A stretch of DNA of 64,000 nucleotides. Origin: a virus. Below the pieces are notes generated by a model that was not told where the DNA came from, did no database searches, and saw nothing but the letters and a program-made list of their open reading frames with translations. The position numbers and the translations under genes were made by a program. Each line of letters starts with the position of its first letter. Position 1 is the stretch's first letter. Shown piece by piece: positions 48,003 through 59,692 of this stretch. Where the stretch lies: positions 48,829 through 112,828 of the IMG/VR virus record IMGVR_UViG_3300025030_000051; one strand, written 5' to 3'.

Positions 48003-49637
48003 TTACTTCTTAAATTCTGTTAATTTATTTTCTAATAGTTTTTTTATTCCCATTAACTGTATTTCAGCATCATTCAATATATTTAAATTAGTATTAATAA
48101 TATTATCTGTATTTCCAGTAATTTTCCATTTAATGCTTAAATTTGAGTAAAATGGATCTGATTGAAATTTGTTAAACTGAGCTGTATCTACTTCTAATAT
48201 TTTAGATTTAGGATTGTTTACCTGTCTTAGAAAATATCTTGTAAAATATCCATTATTATAGTCAGCTTCTTTTGGTAAAGTCTTCTTTTCTTTAGCATAA
48301 TCGTTTGCGGGAGCATTAGTCAATTTTTTATAAATTTGAATAGTTATTACATTTTCTTTGCTTAATTTATTGATTATAATTTTACTTGGTAATAATTCTA
48401 TTATTCCGCTTGGCAGTGAAACGATAATTTCTTCTATAAATTCTTCTAATGTGAAGTCTGATATAAATAAAGTTTCTATACTAATGTCACTATCAATATT
48501 CACGTTTCTTATTAATCTATCAATTATATTTGTTGTAGCATTTAAATTTGCTAATATTTGTATTGAATCTGTTGTACGACATAAAACATAAGTATTTATT
48601 GAGGAACTTTCAACTAATTGAATAGTTTTTATTAATCTATCTATTTCTAAGTTTGTATTGACATTTAAATCAGCTGATATATTTACAAAATTTCCTTTTG
48701 TAATATTACAGGTTATCAATGTTGTGCCAGTAATATCACTGTTTAAATTTGTCTCTTTTATAAGAGTGTCAATTATTTTAGTGGTTGAATTTAAACTAGC
48801 TAATAATTCTATTGAATTTAATGTTTTACACGATATATAAGTGTTTGTTAATGAACTCTCAGTTAATTGAATTGTTTTTACTAACTTATCTATTTCTAGA
48901 CTTGTAGAAATATTTAAATTAGCAGATATGTCTATAGGATTTGCTGGATTTCCAGTCGTGATATTACATGTTATTAATGTAGTACCGTTAATACTACTCA
49001 CTGGAAGCGAATCAACAGTTAATTCTAAATTTAATAAAGTGTTTATAGAACTTGTTTCATATGTTATTATGTTTCGTATTAATCTATTGTTTATAAGTGT
49101 GTTTATTGATGAAGTAGAAACTAAATTAATTACTGAAGATGTTTCATATACTGCATAAATAGCATTTAAAAATTGTTGATTAGTTGATGTTGAAGTGCCC
49201 CATGGATTGACTAAAGAAGTATTATTTGTTGAATTATAATGATGTTCTTGTGTTGCATCAGCAGTAGTATCTATAGAAGATGCTGTAGTTGTATTATCAA
49301 TTTGTAATGCCAGCCAATAAGTAGTTCCAGAAACTATTGCAATATTTAACCCAGATGCTGTTTTCCATCCAGAAATTGTTCCTTTAGCAACATCACCGCT
49401 GGAACCAAGTAAGACATCTGGCTGATCACTTCCAGAATGGCTGTAGATTCCTATCTGAAAATTTGCTGCATCACTATTGTTCGACGCCCAATATCCCATT
49501 TGTGTAACTGAGCCATTAATAGAAGAAATTACACGAAATGCTCGTGAAGTATTATCTGTTACAATACCTGCACCAGCAGGATCAGCTGTTGGTGCTACAG
49601 ATACAAATCCACAATTTGTTCCTAATACTAATGCCAT
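48003..49637 (-). CDS. Structural protein: beta-sandwich N-terminus, internal repeats, conserved phage C-terminal domain
   Basis: GTTYWLA; 86-aa tandem repeat; DYNNGYFTRYF..W.ITG. Confidence 0.55.
   Translation of the reverse strand: MALVLGTNCGFVSVAPTADPAGAGIVTDNTSRAFRVISSINGSVTQMGYWASNNSDAANFQIGIYSHSGSDQPDVLLGSSGDVAKGTISGWKTASGLNIAIVSGTTYWLALQIDNTTTASSIDTTADATQEHHYNSTNNTSLVNPWGTSTSTNQQFLNAIYAVYETSSVINLVSTSSINTLINNRLIRNIITYETSSINTLLNLELTVDSLPVSSINGTTLITCNITTGNPANPIDISANLNISTSLEIDKLVKTIQLTESSLTNTYISCKTLNSIELLASLNSTTKIIDTLIKETNLNSDITGTTLITCNITKGNFVNISADLNVNTNLEIDRLIKTIQLVESSSINTYVLCRTTDSIQILANLNATTNIIDRLIRNVNIDSDISIETLFISDFTLEEFIEEIIVSLPSGIIELLPSKIIINKLSKENVITIQIYKKLTNAPANDYAKEKKTLPKEADYNNGYFTRYFLRQVNNPKSKILEVDTAQFNKFQSDPFYSNLSIKWKITGNTDNIINTNLNILNDAEIQLMGIKKLLENKLTEFKK
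48480..48986 (-). repeat. Two ~86-aa tandem coding repeats
   Basis: GTTLITCNIT..ISA.LN..LEID.L.KTIQL.ESS..NTY at 258-nt spacing. Confidence 0.75.
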
Positions 49638-49640
49638 ATT

Positions 49641-51821
49641 TTATAAGACTGTTGTAATTGGAATGTTTCTAATTATTTTACTATTAATAAGTGTCAATAT
49701 AGAACCCGTGGTATATAAAATAAAAGAATTACTTTGACTTTGAAATTCATATGCACCAAGATCAAACGTTCCTAATCTATTAAAATGCAAAATATCACTA
49801 TCAAATAATGAAAATGAAGTATTAAGTGATATTGAAGTGGCATAATTAATAGCTGGAGAGCCTGATTGTAGGCCAAAATTTATAATATTAAAATTAGAAT
49901 CAGAAGGCTGTAAATAAAAATTAGATGATGATATGTCATAAAATAATGGATCTAAGTGAATATCATTTGCTCCTGATGTCCAACTTAAAGCATCATATAT
50001 TGAATTACTATAGGATAAATTATAGTCAAAAATACTTCCATGATTGGTACCACCAACTTGCAAACCTCTTGCACCAAAAACAGTAATATTATTTTTAACT
50101 GTCACATTTAATTGAGATGATCCCTTAATTCCACTATCATATGAACCATGACATGTATTAAAAACAATAATATTTGCATCATTTCTAAATGAATGAGATG
50201 TTGCTGATATTCCCACTCCACAGTTATACATTAAATTATTATATACATCACAACGTTTTGCAGCATAAACAGCAACACCAGCCGCTGATGCTGTTGGGGG
50301 TTTCCATCCGCTTGTGCTCCAAATTACATTCTTCATTATATTATTTCTTACTATACAATATTCACATTCCCATTCATAAGCATCACTGGGAGCATCAGTT
50401 ATGCCAGTCCAAGAAATTGGAATATCAAAAACAACACCACTCCCATCACCACTTCCACACCAGTCAATTATATTATCTTCTATTATAACATGTTCCCAAC
50501 CATGCGTCTGAATGCAGTTAAATCCTTGTGCTACTTGAAGTCCACCATCACTATATCTATATCCACTTGATATTATTATATTTCTAGAAACATTTGATTC
50601 AGTAACTGATCCAGATCTTGAACTTAATAAAGATAATCCTACTATTTCTCCTTCTATATATTCAAAATAATTATCAGTTATTTGCCAATTATATGAACTA
50701 CTTCTCGGATAAATAAAATCAGGATCGCGATAATAATTAATTGCTTGATTATTTATATTTTTAAAAGAATTATGTGTTATAAATATATCTCTTGCCAAGC
50801 CCTCTGATCCAAACAAACCTCCAGGAACAAATCCATCATTAAATCTCTGCAATCCCTCATCAGGTGGTACTGCATGATCATATTGAAAAGTCATTCCAAG
50901 CCCACGGCCACCGCTTTGTGAATAATTCGTATTATTATTTAATGGAATTCTGCTATCTAAATCATGAAAATTATTGTGACTTATATATATATGATGAGTA
51001 TCAACATGCGAATTATTTCTATTTAATAAAAACTTTATTCCTTCTCTAGTTCCTGTAAATTCTGATCGAGTTACTATTAAATTTGCCACATCTTGAAAAA
51101 AAACCATGCCACCCCTCTCATCATAAACACCCCATCTTGTAGAATCTACTCCCCAATTATCAAATTTACAATGATCTATTTCTATATATTGACAACCTTG
51201 ACCAAATCTTATTAAAGCTGTTGTCCAATTACCTGATTGTGAAAATTGAACATCTGTTATATTTAAATTTTCAAATTTTAAGTATTTTCTTGAGCTATTA
51301 ATATCTATTACTCTTTGTAATTCGCCACCACCACTTAAATCAGGCTTGCTTCCACTTCCATAAGCACCAAACGTTATATATCTACTTTGAGAGCCCTCAG
51401 CTGAGATTGTAAATGATTGAGTTGGCCATAGAACACCTCTTTTGAATAAAACATTATCACCATTAATTAAAGTCGTTGAATTTAATTTAGATAAATTTTG
51501 CCACGGAACTAACGATGATGTTCCTATATTTGCATCACTCCCGCTATCAAAATCTAAATAATATGTTGTCCCACTGATAGCTGTAAAATTATTATTTAAA
51601 GAATCAGTCGACTGAGTTATTTCTATTTGAGTCGGAGTAAAAGTTATACTTTTTTTAGTAGGAGTTATAAAGCCATTAAACTCATTTATAAAAGACTGAC
51701 TATACTGACCATTAGCATCTGTATATACTATATAGTTACTGGAAGAATCTTCAATAGATACTGTTACTAATGTAATTGGAATACTTGCACTATTTATAGA
51801 TCCCGATACAATTATTGCCAT
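49641..51821 (-). CDS. Right-handed beta-helix protein (tailspike/depolymerase-like)
   Basis: YYLD..GSDAN.GTS..PW, GDNVLFKRG, PbH1-type repeats, DLGAYEF. Confidence 0.75.
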   Translation of the reverse strand: MAIIVSGSINSASIPITLVTVSIEDSSSNYIVYTDANGQYSQSFINEFNGFITPTKKSITFTPTQIEITQSTDSLNNNFTAISGTTYYLDFDSGSDANIGTSSLVPWQNLSKLNSTTLINGDNVLFKRGVLWPTQSFTISAEGSQSRYITFGAYGSGSKPDLSGGGELQRVIDINSSRKYLKFENLNITDVQFSQSGNWTTALIRFGQGCQYIEIDHCKFDNWGVDSTRWGVYDERGGMVFFQDVANLIVTRSEFTGTREGIKFLLNRNNSHVDTHHIYISHNNFHDLDSRIPLNNNTNYSQSGGRGLGMTFQYDHAVPPDEGLQRFNDGFVPGGLFGSEGLARDIFITHNSFKNINNQAINYYRDPDFIYPRSSSYNWQITDNYFEYIEGEIVGLSLLSSRSGSVTESNVSRNIIISSGYRYSDGGLQVAQGFNCIQTHGWEHVIIEDNIIDWCGSGDGSGVVFDIPISWTGITDAPSDAYEWECEYCIVRNNIMKNVIWSTSGWKPPTASAAGVAVYAAKRCDVYNNLMYNCGVGISATSHSFRNDANIIVFNTCHGSYDSGIKGSSQLNVTVKNNITVFGARGLQVGGTNHGSIFDYNLSYSNSIYDALSWTSGANDIHLDPLFYDISSSNFYLQPSDSNFNIINFGLQSGSPAINYATSISLNTSFSLFDSDILHFNRLGTFDLGAYEFQSQSNSFILYTTGSILTLINSKIIRNIPITTVL

Positions 51822-54575
51822 TTATATCCTTTCATATTCTTGTGAAACTTTAAAGACTTGATCAACGTATTCTCTGTTCCAAGAATCAACTGGTTTACCA
51901 AATTTGTATAAGTCTATGATTCTGCCTTGCCCTATATTGTATGCTGCAACTGTCCCCATTAATAATTCATTACCAGATATTCCAACTTTAATAAGAGAAT
52001 TTCTTTTTTCATTTAAAATATCTATTGCTAGTTTAGTTGCAGGTACAGGAGATTTCCATTCGCCAGCTATTATTCTATCATAAATCCAACCGGGCTTGTT
52101 AGCAACATCGTTTATTTGCCAAAATGAATGTGCTGTTCCATTTCCATCAGGATTTCTTACTTCACAATTAGTTTTTGCATCTTTATCTAAATCTATAAAC
52201 ACACCGTATTCTGCATATAAAATTCCTGCAAGTATAGATTCTGGATATGAATCAAAACTCCTTGTTAATAATAATTGAGACACGATAATATCGCCCATGT
52301 TGTCTTTTATCCATTTTAGAATATTTTTTTGTGGCTGGCCATTCCACCTACTATTATTTAAGTTAGCTAAATCTTTGGCGGTTTGACTGCTTTGTTGTTT
52401 ATACTTTATTTGTCCTACTGATTTATCAAATACTCTTAATATAGCTCTTATTTTAGTGGTCCAATAATTACTTTGAACTGAATGATCTATTCCAGAAATT
52501 TGAAAGACAGAATTTTTATTATAAAAATCAGGAACCATATCTAAATTAAACACATCTCCAATTTTTAATCCACTTATTCCCTTAATGTCAAAATCTAAAT
52601 CTGCAGGAATAACAAATTCATATTTACTATTATTTTTTTCAGGACTAGAATATATTTTCTTTTTCATAGCATTTATCAGATCATTTTCATTTACTTCTTT
52701 TTTCCATTCTAATCTTGGCAACATCGTTATTTTAAAATCATCGTTGAATCCACTATTGTCTTCAGATGTAAACAGTTGATCTTTATCATTTTCATTTTGT
52801 GTCTGATTTGTGTTAGAATCCTCATTTGATGATGCTTTAGCCAATCCTGGAGTGTTAGGCAATTCGTATTTAGTAGTCTTTATAAAAAAATCGACATAGG
52901 ATTCTTCATTCCATATATTTATTATGCTATCGTTGTCTGTATTTAATTGTACAGGGTCATCAGACTCTTTATTCAGTCCATATAGAGATGTCATAGTAAC
53001 AGACTCTGGAAGCTTAGTAATAAAATTAATATTTTTTATAATTCCCTCACCACCATACATCTTAAATGTATATAATTTATCAGATTCACCGTCTATAATT
53101 TCTAAGAGTTTTGGATCGAAATAATTATCGTCTATGACACACATTTCTTGTGTAGGTTCTTTAATCTTTAACTTAAAATTCCAAAAATTTATACATGCTG
53201 AATTTATTTGATTTAATATAGACATCAGTGCATCTACAAGCTTGTCATTATCTTTGAATGCCCTTTTTACAACTTCTAAATCAACATAAATGTGTCTAAT
53301 ATATCCTGCTGATTTATCTGAATTGTCTGGATTGTTGGTTGACTCATTAAATCTTATTCCATATTTCTCATTAGCTTTTTGTCCGTTATTTATATAACAG
53401 ACACTTAAATTTGTAGACCTTAAAAATTCGTTATTACTTATTTTGTAAGAATTTCTTTCTTTATCTAAAAAACTGCTAAATCTTTTATTATTTATTTCTC
53501 TACTGAATCCTTTAGATAATATTTCATTGTTTTTTGATGATATTTTTGGAGCCGACTCTTTACTGCTAAGTCTAAATATCTGCCCGTCTTCATTAGAGAA
53601 CTTAGCTCCAAGATGTGAATTTACTATTATATCTTCTATGAATCCCCAAGTAACAAACTTTTTGATATTACCAATAGTACTTGTTATATTTGTTACGCCT
53701 GTAGGACCTGGGGTTCTTGTTGTTATATTATTTTTTGATTCTCCAGAATCAATATAAACGTGTATATCTCTGCTTAATGAATTATTACTGTTGCTATACT
53801 GTCCACTGGTTACAATTTCTTCTAAATCATTTTCTACAAATTGCTTTATTGTCCTTTTATACTTTTGTTCTATTCCACCACTAGAGATTTTTGGTTTTAA
53901 TTCTACTTGTTGAACTAACTGTAATCCGTACATCAATGCTCCTTCATTAATAACGTCAGTTGTACAATTAAATCCACCATCACTTCTTAGTGTTATATCA
54001 AAATTAGATACTATTCCAAAACAACCATCATAATTACCATTGCTTTTTAACGATCTTTCATAAAACAAAAGCCACTGGTTATGCTTATATACATCCAAAT
54101 CATACAAATCAGAATCGTTAAGAGTAAATAAATCTCCATCTTGTAACCATCCCCATTCAATTAACACAGACCTACCAGGGTTCAAAAAATATGGAGCATA
54201 TTGATTCAATTGCTGTTTAGAATTTATTTGCCATTGAATCTGGGCTATTCTGGTTCCTCCCCTCGAGCCCTTATATTTAATATCTATCCCGGTAATTCCT
54301 GGACGGAACCTGTAAGAATCTGATTCATCATAGACATTGTTAAAAACAAAGCTGGATTGGTTCTCATTTTTATTTTTTATAATGCCAACCATAGAAATAA
54401 ATTCGGGATTATTTAAAGATTTCACACCACTCGTGACTTTCACCCAAGCAGTAATTTGATTTATTCTTGATTCTGGAAGCTGTTTTTTACTTAGTTCATC
54501 TCGAATATTTTGTTGTAAAAAAGAAACATAGGGAAAACCTTCATATCTGCGAACATCTTCAAAGATTTGTGTCAT
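51822..54575 (-). CDS. Baseplate hub-like protein with a C-terminal lysozyme/lytic transglycosylase domain
   Basis: PGRSVLIEWGW, GIDH..W.T; C-terminal ILYAE, WQIND, AAYNIG, YVDQV. Confidence 0.7.
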   Translation of the reverse strand: MTQIFEDVRRYEGFPYVSFLQQNIRDELSKKQLPESRINQITAWVKVTSGVKSLNNPEFISMVGIIKNKNENQSSFVFNNVYDESDSYRFRPGITGIDIKYKGSRGGTRIAQIQWQINSKQQLNQYAPYFLNPGRSVLIEWGWLQDGDLFTLNDSDLYDLDVYKHNQWLLFYERSLKSNGNYDGCFGIVSNFDITLRSDGGFNCTTDVINEGALMYGLQLVQQVELKPKISSGGIEQKYKRTIKQFVENDLEEIVTSGQYSNSNNSLSRDIHVYIDSGESKNNITTRTPGPTGVTNITSTIGNIKKFVTWGFIEDIIVNSHLGAKFSNEDGQIFRLSSKESAPKISSKNNEILSKGFSREINNKRFSSFLDKERNSYKISNNEFLRSTNLSVCYINNGQKANEKYGIRFNESTNNPDNSDKSAGYIRHIYVDLEVVKRAFKDNDKLVDALMSILNQINSACINFWNFKLKIKEPTQEMCVIDDNYFDPKLLEIIDGESDKLYTFKMYGGEGIIKNINFITKLPESVTMTSLYGLNKESDDPVQLNTDNDSIINIWNEESYVDFFIKTTKYELPNTPGLAKASSNEDSNTNQTQNENDKDQLFTSEDNSGFNDDFKITMLPRLEWKKEVNENDLINAMKKKIYSSPEKNNSKYEFVIPADLDFDIKGISGLKIGDVFNLDMVPDFYNKNSVFQISGIDHSVQSNYWTTKIRAILRVFDKSVGQIKYKQQSSQTAKDLANLNNSRWNGQPQKNILKWIKDNMGDIIVSQLLLTRSFDSYPESILAGILYAEYGVFIDLDKDAKTNCEVRNPDGNGTAHSFWQINDVANKPGWIYDRIIAGEWKSPVPATKLAIDILNEKRNSLIKVGISGNELLMGTVAAYNIGQGRIIDLYKFGKPVDSWNREYVDQVFKVSQEYERI

Positions 54576-54614
54576 TATAAATTAATTCTTCTTGATTTAA
54601 TAAAATTTTTATTA

Positions 54615-54914
54615 TCATCTATTTAGGTTCTCTAGTTTAGAAATTATTTCACCTATTCTCGTTCTATTTGGAATGCAAATCTGGGTACCTGGTTCTATGA
54701 ATAAAGTTCCTTGGATATTATTTGTTATGGCTATGATCCAGTATAGCTCTGGATCATTATAATATTGATATGCCAGTAAATCTAACCTTGTTTCTCTATT
54801 TGCAGTTATATAGGTATCAATATCTAATTTAGATATTTCTGGATATAATGTTGAACTATAATATCTCTTACCAGTTTTTGTTTTAAATTGTTTTGTGTGA
54901 ATATATCGATTCAT
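54615..54914 (-). CDS. LysM/tail-X-like baseplate wedge protein (gp53-like)
   Basis: RLDLLAYQYYNDPELYWIIAITN, PGTQICIP. Confidence 0.8.
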   Translation of the reverse strand: MNRYIHTKQFKTKTGKRYYSSTLYPEISKLDIDTYITANRETRLDLLAYQYYNDPELYWIIAITNNIQGTLFIEPGTQICIPNRTRIGEIISKLENLNR

Positions 54915-56588
54915 TTATTTAATAATACTAAATTTCGTTGATTTTTGATTAAAATGTGGCATAATTGTTTTTGGTGTAGAAAATCCAAACATTAACGTAA
55001 ATCCAATTGTTAATTCAACAATCATAGGTAGTTGGAATCCTTCTTCTATATCCCACAACGTATTTTCATTTGGTCTAAAATTTATACTATCAAAATATCC
55101 GTAAATATCATGGTATAAATCTCCAAGAGTTAGTTTAACAATTGGACCACGCATCACATTGTCATTTTTATATTCTGTTGGATAACAAAGACCAACTAAT
55201 CTATTTATCTTCCTCCACTGTGATATGACTTCTCTCTTGCTTTGTGAATATACGTTTAATGTAAAAGATATTTTTCTAGTTGTTCTATCGTAAGTATAAG
55301 AAGTGTCAGCACGTCCCAAATAATTAGTCTCAGTCCAAGTTGGAGAAACATCATCTGCAATATCAGTTAGTATTGCTCTAAATATTATTGTTTCCTTATT
55401 AAAAATATCATATACTTTAAACTTTATAGTATCTTTTAGATTATCAGTATAATCTTCACCAATATCTAACATATTTATTTTATCTAAAGAATCATTTTCA
55501 TTTCCAAATTCTTTAGATTTATCAAAATTCATTTGAGGGAATCCAAGTCTATTTACTATTTCTCTTATATCTGGTCGATTTTCATATCTATTATCTGGAT
55601 CTGCTTGAACTCCTAAAGACTGTTGATATAATTTTGCTTTATCAATGTTAGATTGATTAATCTTATTTGATATTGCAGATGTTGCTTTGATGAATCGTGC
55701 AAACGATGCTGGTAAAGCATTATTTTTAGCACCTCCTGGTTGTGCAAAATTATTAATTATAGAATCTGGATTTAAATAACTATTTTTTTTCCAATTTAAA
55801 AATCTATTTTCTAAAGTGTCACCATACAACTCTCTAGCATCCTTATAATTTAATATTTCACTAGCATAACCAATATATTTATCATAGGTAAAATAATTCC
55901 CTAAATTATTAGACCATTTTGGCTTTGTCATATCTATCCAAGCAACAGGTTTTGTATATTTAATTCCTTGTTGAGATAAAATCATAATCTCTGCTGCATC
56001 TATTCCTTTTCCAAATGCTCTTTCAAAATCATAATTAGATAAAGTTCCTGTATTTGCTAATCCAGAAATAACTGGCAATAAAGCAGATATTCCAACACTT
56101 TTTATCGTGTTAAAAATTAAATCTGTAGAATTTGATAAATCTATCTTATCGATATTTGGAGGGTTTGTCGCCATAAATACTTGGGGTGGTATTGTCTGAA
56201 ATATCATTCTGCTCTTGGGAATTCCTAAAATATTTGGACTTGGTAAGAAATTATTTATTGTATTTTCTATGAATGGATTTCTTAAAGCAATACCAGCTAA
56301 TCTTAATGCAATTGAAGTAATCCCACCCCTTGTAGCACCAGGAACTAATAAACTTAATCCATTTTGAACTAAATCAGTAACACTATTTGTCCCAAGTAAA
56401 AAACCACCTGCTGTAGATATTAATGAGGTGTAACCATATTTTTTATAATATATGTCAAGTAAATTTTGACCATTAATACTATTACTAGAAAAATTAAATT
56501 TTTTGTAAGTATCTAATAATGTTGTTTTAGAAAATTCAGTGTCATATAATGGTATATTTTTTTTATAATGTTCTAACAATTTCGACAT
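54915..56588 (-). CDS. Baseplate/tail-tube initiator-like protein
   Basis: FRA..D..W..Y.GR..Y..TTRKISF, P.VKLTLGDLY, WDI..LP; directly after tape measure. Confidence 0.65.
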   Translation of the reverse strand: MSKLLEHYKKNIPLYDTEFSKTTLLDTYKKFNFSSNSINGQNLLDIYYKKYGYTSLISTAGGFLLGTNSVTDLVQNGLSLLVPGATRGGITSIALRLAGIALRNPFIENTINNFLPSPNILGIPKSRMIFQTIPPQVFMATNPPNIDKIDLSNSTDLIFNTIKSVGISALLPVISGLANTGTLSNYDFERAFGKGIDAAEIMILSQQGIKYTKPVAWIDMTKPKWSNNLGNYFTYDKYIGYASEILNYKDARELYGDTLENRFLNWKKNSYLNPDSIINNFAQPGGAKNNALPASFARFIKATSAISNKINQSNIDKAKLYQQSLGVQADPDNRYENRPDIREIVNRLGFPQMNFDKSKEFGNENDSLDKINMLDIGEDYTDNLKDTIKFKVYDIFNKETIIFRAILTDIADDVSPTWTETNYLGRADTSYTYDRTTRKISFTLNVYSQSKREVISQWRKINRLVGLCYPTEYKNDNVMRGPIVKLTLGDLYHDIYGYFDSINFRPNENTLWDIEEGFQLPMIVELTIGFTLMFGFSTPKTIMPHFNQKSTKFSIIK

Positions 56589-56596
56589 GTAATTAT

Positions 56597-59500
56597 TTAA
56601 CTTAATTTATTCAACTGTGTACTTCTTGCAATGCTCTCATTTATTTTTCTACCATCAATGTAAATATTTTTATTTTCATTAATAGCTTTAATGACATCAT
56701 CTAATTTTTTATTTACTTTATCAATTCCTTCATTAATAGACTCAGATTCATTATATATCTTTATCCCCTCTGCTATATTTTCTAATCCTTTAACGTCAGC
56801 AATTCCTTTTATAGAAACTTCTATTGATTTTAATGCGTTTGCTGATTGCATCAATTGAGCACTTGAATTTGCTAATCTTTCTATGTTATCAATAGCAGAT
56901 GAACCTCCAAATATTCCAGCAAACCTGTCTAACACGTTACTTCCAGTCATAGATAAACTAAATACAGAAATTGCTCCGCTAAGTGCTAATATTCCAACAC
57001 TTGCAGCAATCAATTTAGTTCCTGAATTTGCTAATCTTTCTATTTTATCAATAAAAGAATTTGATAAAGATTCACCAGCAATTTTAGTTCCAGCTCCAAA
57101 TATAGCCATTGCCCCACCTAAAGCAATAATTGATAAAATACCCGCTCCAAATAATAATGCTCCAACTCCAGTAAACATAAGTGTTCCTAATCCAAATGCT
57201 GCTAAACTAAAAGCAATTAAAGAAGTGGCAGCAACACCTAATGTTGTCCAACTTACATTTTCCATTAATTTCATTGAATAAGCAAAGGGAATTAAAGATG
57301 TTCCTAATAATGCTATCGCTAATGAACCGATTAATATTTTATCTGTTGGCATCTTACTCATTATTCCTGCAACTATAGTTAATCCACCAAGTGCAGCACC
57401 AGCCATTCCAACATTTTCCCAATCAACTCCTTCAAACTGTTTAAACGCAAAAGCTAATCCAATTAAAGCTCCTATTAAAATTGCTGATATTGCTGCAAAT
57501 TTTAATATTGATTTCATATCAATTTTTTTAAAGATGTCTACAAACGAACTCATCCCTCTATTAAATTTTCCAGGCCCTTCAGTTTTAAGTTTATCTGGTA
57601 TTCCAAATCCAAGATCTTTTGATGATGTCTTACCAAATCCACCGAATAATCCACCAATTCTCCTTTTCAATAAATTAAATAAAGGTTTTCTTGCAACTAT
57701 TCCCGCTAATAATCCAAATGATGCTAATTGTTTTGTAGCATTTGAAAGAAAAGTATCTTCACCTTTTTTACCTTTAAACGAATTTATAATAGAATTAATA
57801 CCATCAGATATGCTACCAATAAATGTAGCAATTGATTTTACAGCAGGCATTAATGCTTCGAATATAGGTAATATTACTCTTCCTAAACTTGTCGCAACAG
57901 CCATTAAATTATTTTTTATGTTTGTTGTTTCTGCTTGAATTCTTTGTTGATTTAACCATTCTTGGTCAGTTAATTCACCCGCTTCTAATTTTAACATCAA
58001 TTTATCAGATTCTGTTAATAGACCTGCTCTATCTAATTCTGCAACTCTTTGTCGCATTTTTAAAGATTCTTGTATTTTGCTGACAGACAGTCCTGTTACA
58101 TCTGCTAATGCTTGTTTTTGAATATAATTTAATTTATTAAATTCTTCTAATGAACCTATTTGTTTAAATATTTCCTGAGTTGCTTCACCAATTTTATTGT
58201 TAAAAACTAACTGTCTTACCCTATTAAAGTTTACAGATTTTCCCAATAATATGGAAGCTTCTAATTCTTTTTCTATAGATGATTCAAAGTCCATAACTGA
58301 ATCTAAAATTCCACCAACATCTTTAAGAGATATACCTAATTTTCTTACATTAATAGCAGTCATTATAACTTCTTTTGTATTACCTCTAAAATATTTTCCT
58401 ATTAATTCAGAACTTTCAGCAATATCATTAAACACGTCAACTGGAGCAATATAAGATGCTATTGCTAGTTGCGCAGTAGTCGCAATCCAATTTTTTAGAT
58501 TCTTTTCAGTAACTCCATCCATTTCTAATAATTGTTTAGCAAATCCAACTGATGTTTCTTTTGACATTCCTAAATTCTTTTCTAATGTAGATATAATTTG
58601 AGCTAAATCTGCTGTTACAAAACTTATATTTTGAAATTGTTTATATATTTCAGCAGCCGATCCATAAATATCTTCTATAGTTATTCCATATTTCCTTGCA
58701 GATAATGCAGCATCTTCAAGTTCTGGAGTTAGCTTTTTAGTCTGATCAATTGTCAAACCAGTTACTTTTCTAAAATCTTCAGCCAAACTCTGTAATCTTA
58801 CAAACTCTTTTATCAATAAAACTATTCCTGTAATAGCAATAGTCCATGGATTTATTAACAACATTCTGGCAAACTTAAGATAAGTTTGAGCTATCCCTCC
58901 AATAGCTACTTTAAATGCACCAGCAGTATCAATTCCTTTTCCTAAATTAGAAACAAGTGCTTTACCTATATTTTTGTTGATCTGTTCTTTAATTTTATCT
59001 AATTCAAGTGCTTTTGAAAAATACTTTCCACCAGGTATTTTTTCAATAAATGAAAATGCAGTATTTATCATATCTGAAAAAGCTTCTTTAGCAGCAATTA
59101 ATTGATTGTTTATTAATAGATATGATTGCAATTCTTGTTTTTTGATATCAATCATCTGTTTAGAATCATTCAATATGTCTTTTGCATTTTTTAACGATTT
59201 ACCCTTTAATATTCCCTCTTGTTTTGCTTTTTCAACAGCTTCTTGCATTTTATTACTAATAAGAGTCATTTTATCAAATGTACTTTTTAATAATTTTTCA
59301 TCAAATAAAGAAGTACCAACTTTAATTCTTGTAGCATCTAATGTATCTAATAACTGTTTTTTTAATTCAGGCAACATTTTTTGCGTAGACTCTTTTTGAA
59401 TTTCTATAATTTGTTTTTGAGTAGTATCTCTAATTATTTTTGCAAGTTGTTGAGCAATTTTTTGTTGTTTTGTGCCGAATTTTCTTGCTTGATCATCAGC

Positions 59501-59692
59501 CATATCATTCATCTTATCAAGCATAGTTTTTATTACTTTGGTATCCATTATTCCAGTACTTACATTTTTTTTCATATCATTTACTGTTCTAAGAATTTGA
59601 ACTCTTAAATTATTAAATTCTCTACTAAATGATGTAATTTCTTTTTGAGGATCAAAGTGTCGTCTATCTTTATCGTCTTTTTCTTTAGCCAT
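56597..59692 (-). CDS. Tail tape measure protein
   Basis: 1031 aa, helical, Ala/Gly-rich hydrophobic repeats, C-terminal IYIDGRKI. Confidence 0.85.
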   Translation of the reverse strand: MAKEKDDKDRRHFDPQKEITSFSREFNNLRVQILRTVNDMKKNVSTGIMDTKVIKTMLDKMNDMADDQARKFGTKQQKIAQQLAKIIRDTTQKQIIEIQKESTQKMLPELKKQLLDTLDATRIKVGTSLFDEKLLKSTFDKMTLISNKMQEAVEKAKQEGILKGKSLKNAKDILNDSKQMIDIKKQELQSYLLINNQLIAAKEAFSDMINTAFSFIEKIPGGKYFSKALELDKIKEQINKNIGKALVSNLGKGIDTAGAFKVAIGGIAQTYLKFARMLLINPWTIAITGIVLLIKEFVRLQSLAEDFRKVTGLTIDQTKKLTPELEDAALSARKYGITIEDIYGSAAEIYKQFQNISFVTADLAQIISTLEKNLGMSKETSVGFAKQLLEMDGVTEKNLKNWIATTAQLAIASYIAPVDVFNDIAESSELIGKYFRGNTKEVIMTAINVRKLGISLKDVGGILDSVMDFESSIEKELEASILLGKSVNFNRVRQLVFNNKIGEATQEIFKQIGSLEEFNKLNYIQKQALADVTGLSVSKIQESLKMRQRVAELDRAGLLTESDKLMLKLEAGELTDQEWLNQQRIQAETTNIKNNLMAVATSLGRVILPIFEALMPAVKSIATFIGSISDGINSIINSFKGKKGEDTFLSNATKQLASFGLLAGIVARKPLFNLLKRRIGGLFGGFGKTSSKDLGFGIPDKLKTEGPGKFNRGMSSFVDIFKKIDMKSILKFAAISAILIGALIGLAFAFKQFEGVDWENVGMAGAALGGLTIVAGIMSKMPTDKILIGSLAIALLGTSLIPFAYSMKLMENVSWTTLGVAATSLIAFSLAAFGLGTLMFTGVGALLFGAGILSIIALGGAMAIFGAGTKIAGESLSNSFIDKIERLANSGTKLIAASVGILALSGAISVFSLSMTGSNVLDRFAGIFGGSSAIDNIERLANSSAQLMQSANALKSIEVSIKGIADVKGLENIAEGIKIYNESESINEGIDKVNKKLDDVIKAINENKNIYIDGRKINESIARSTQLNKLS

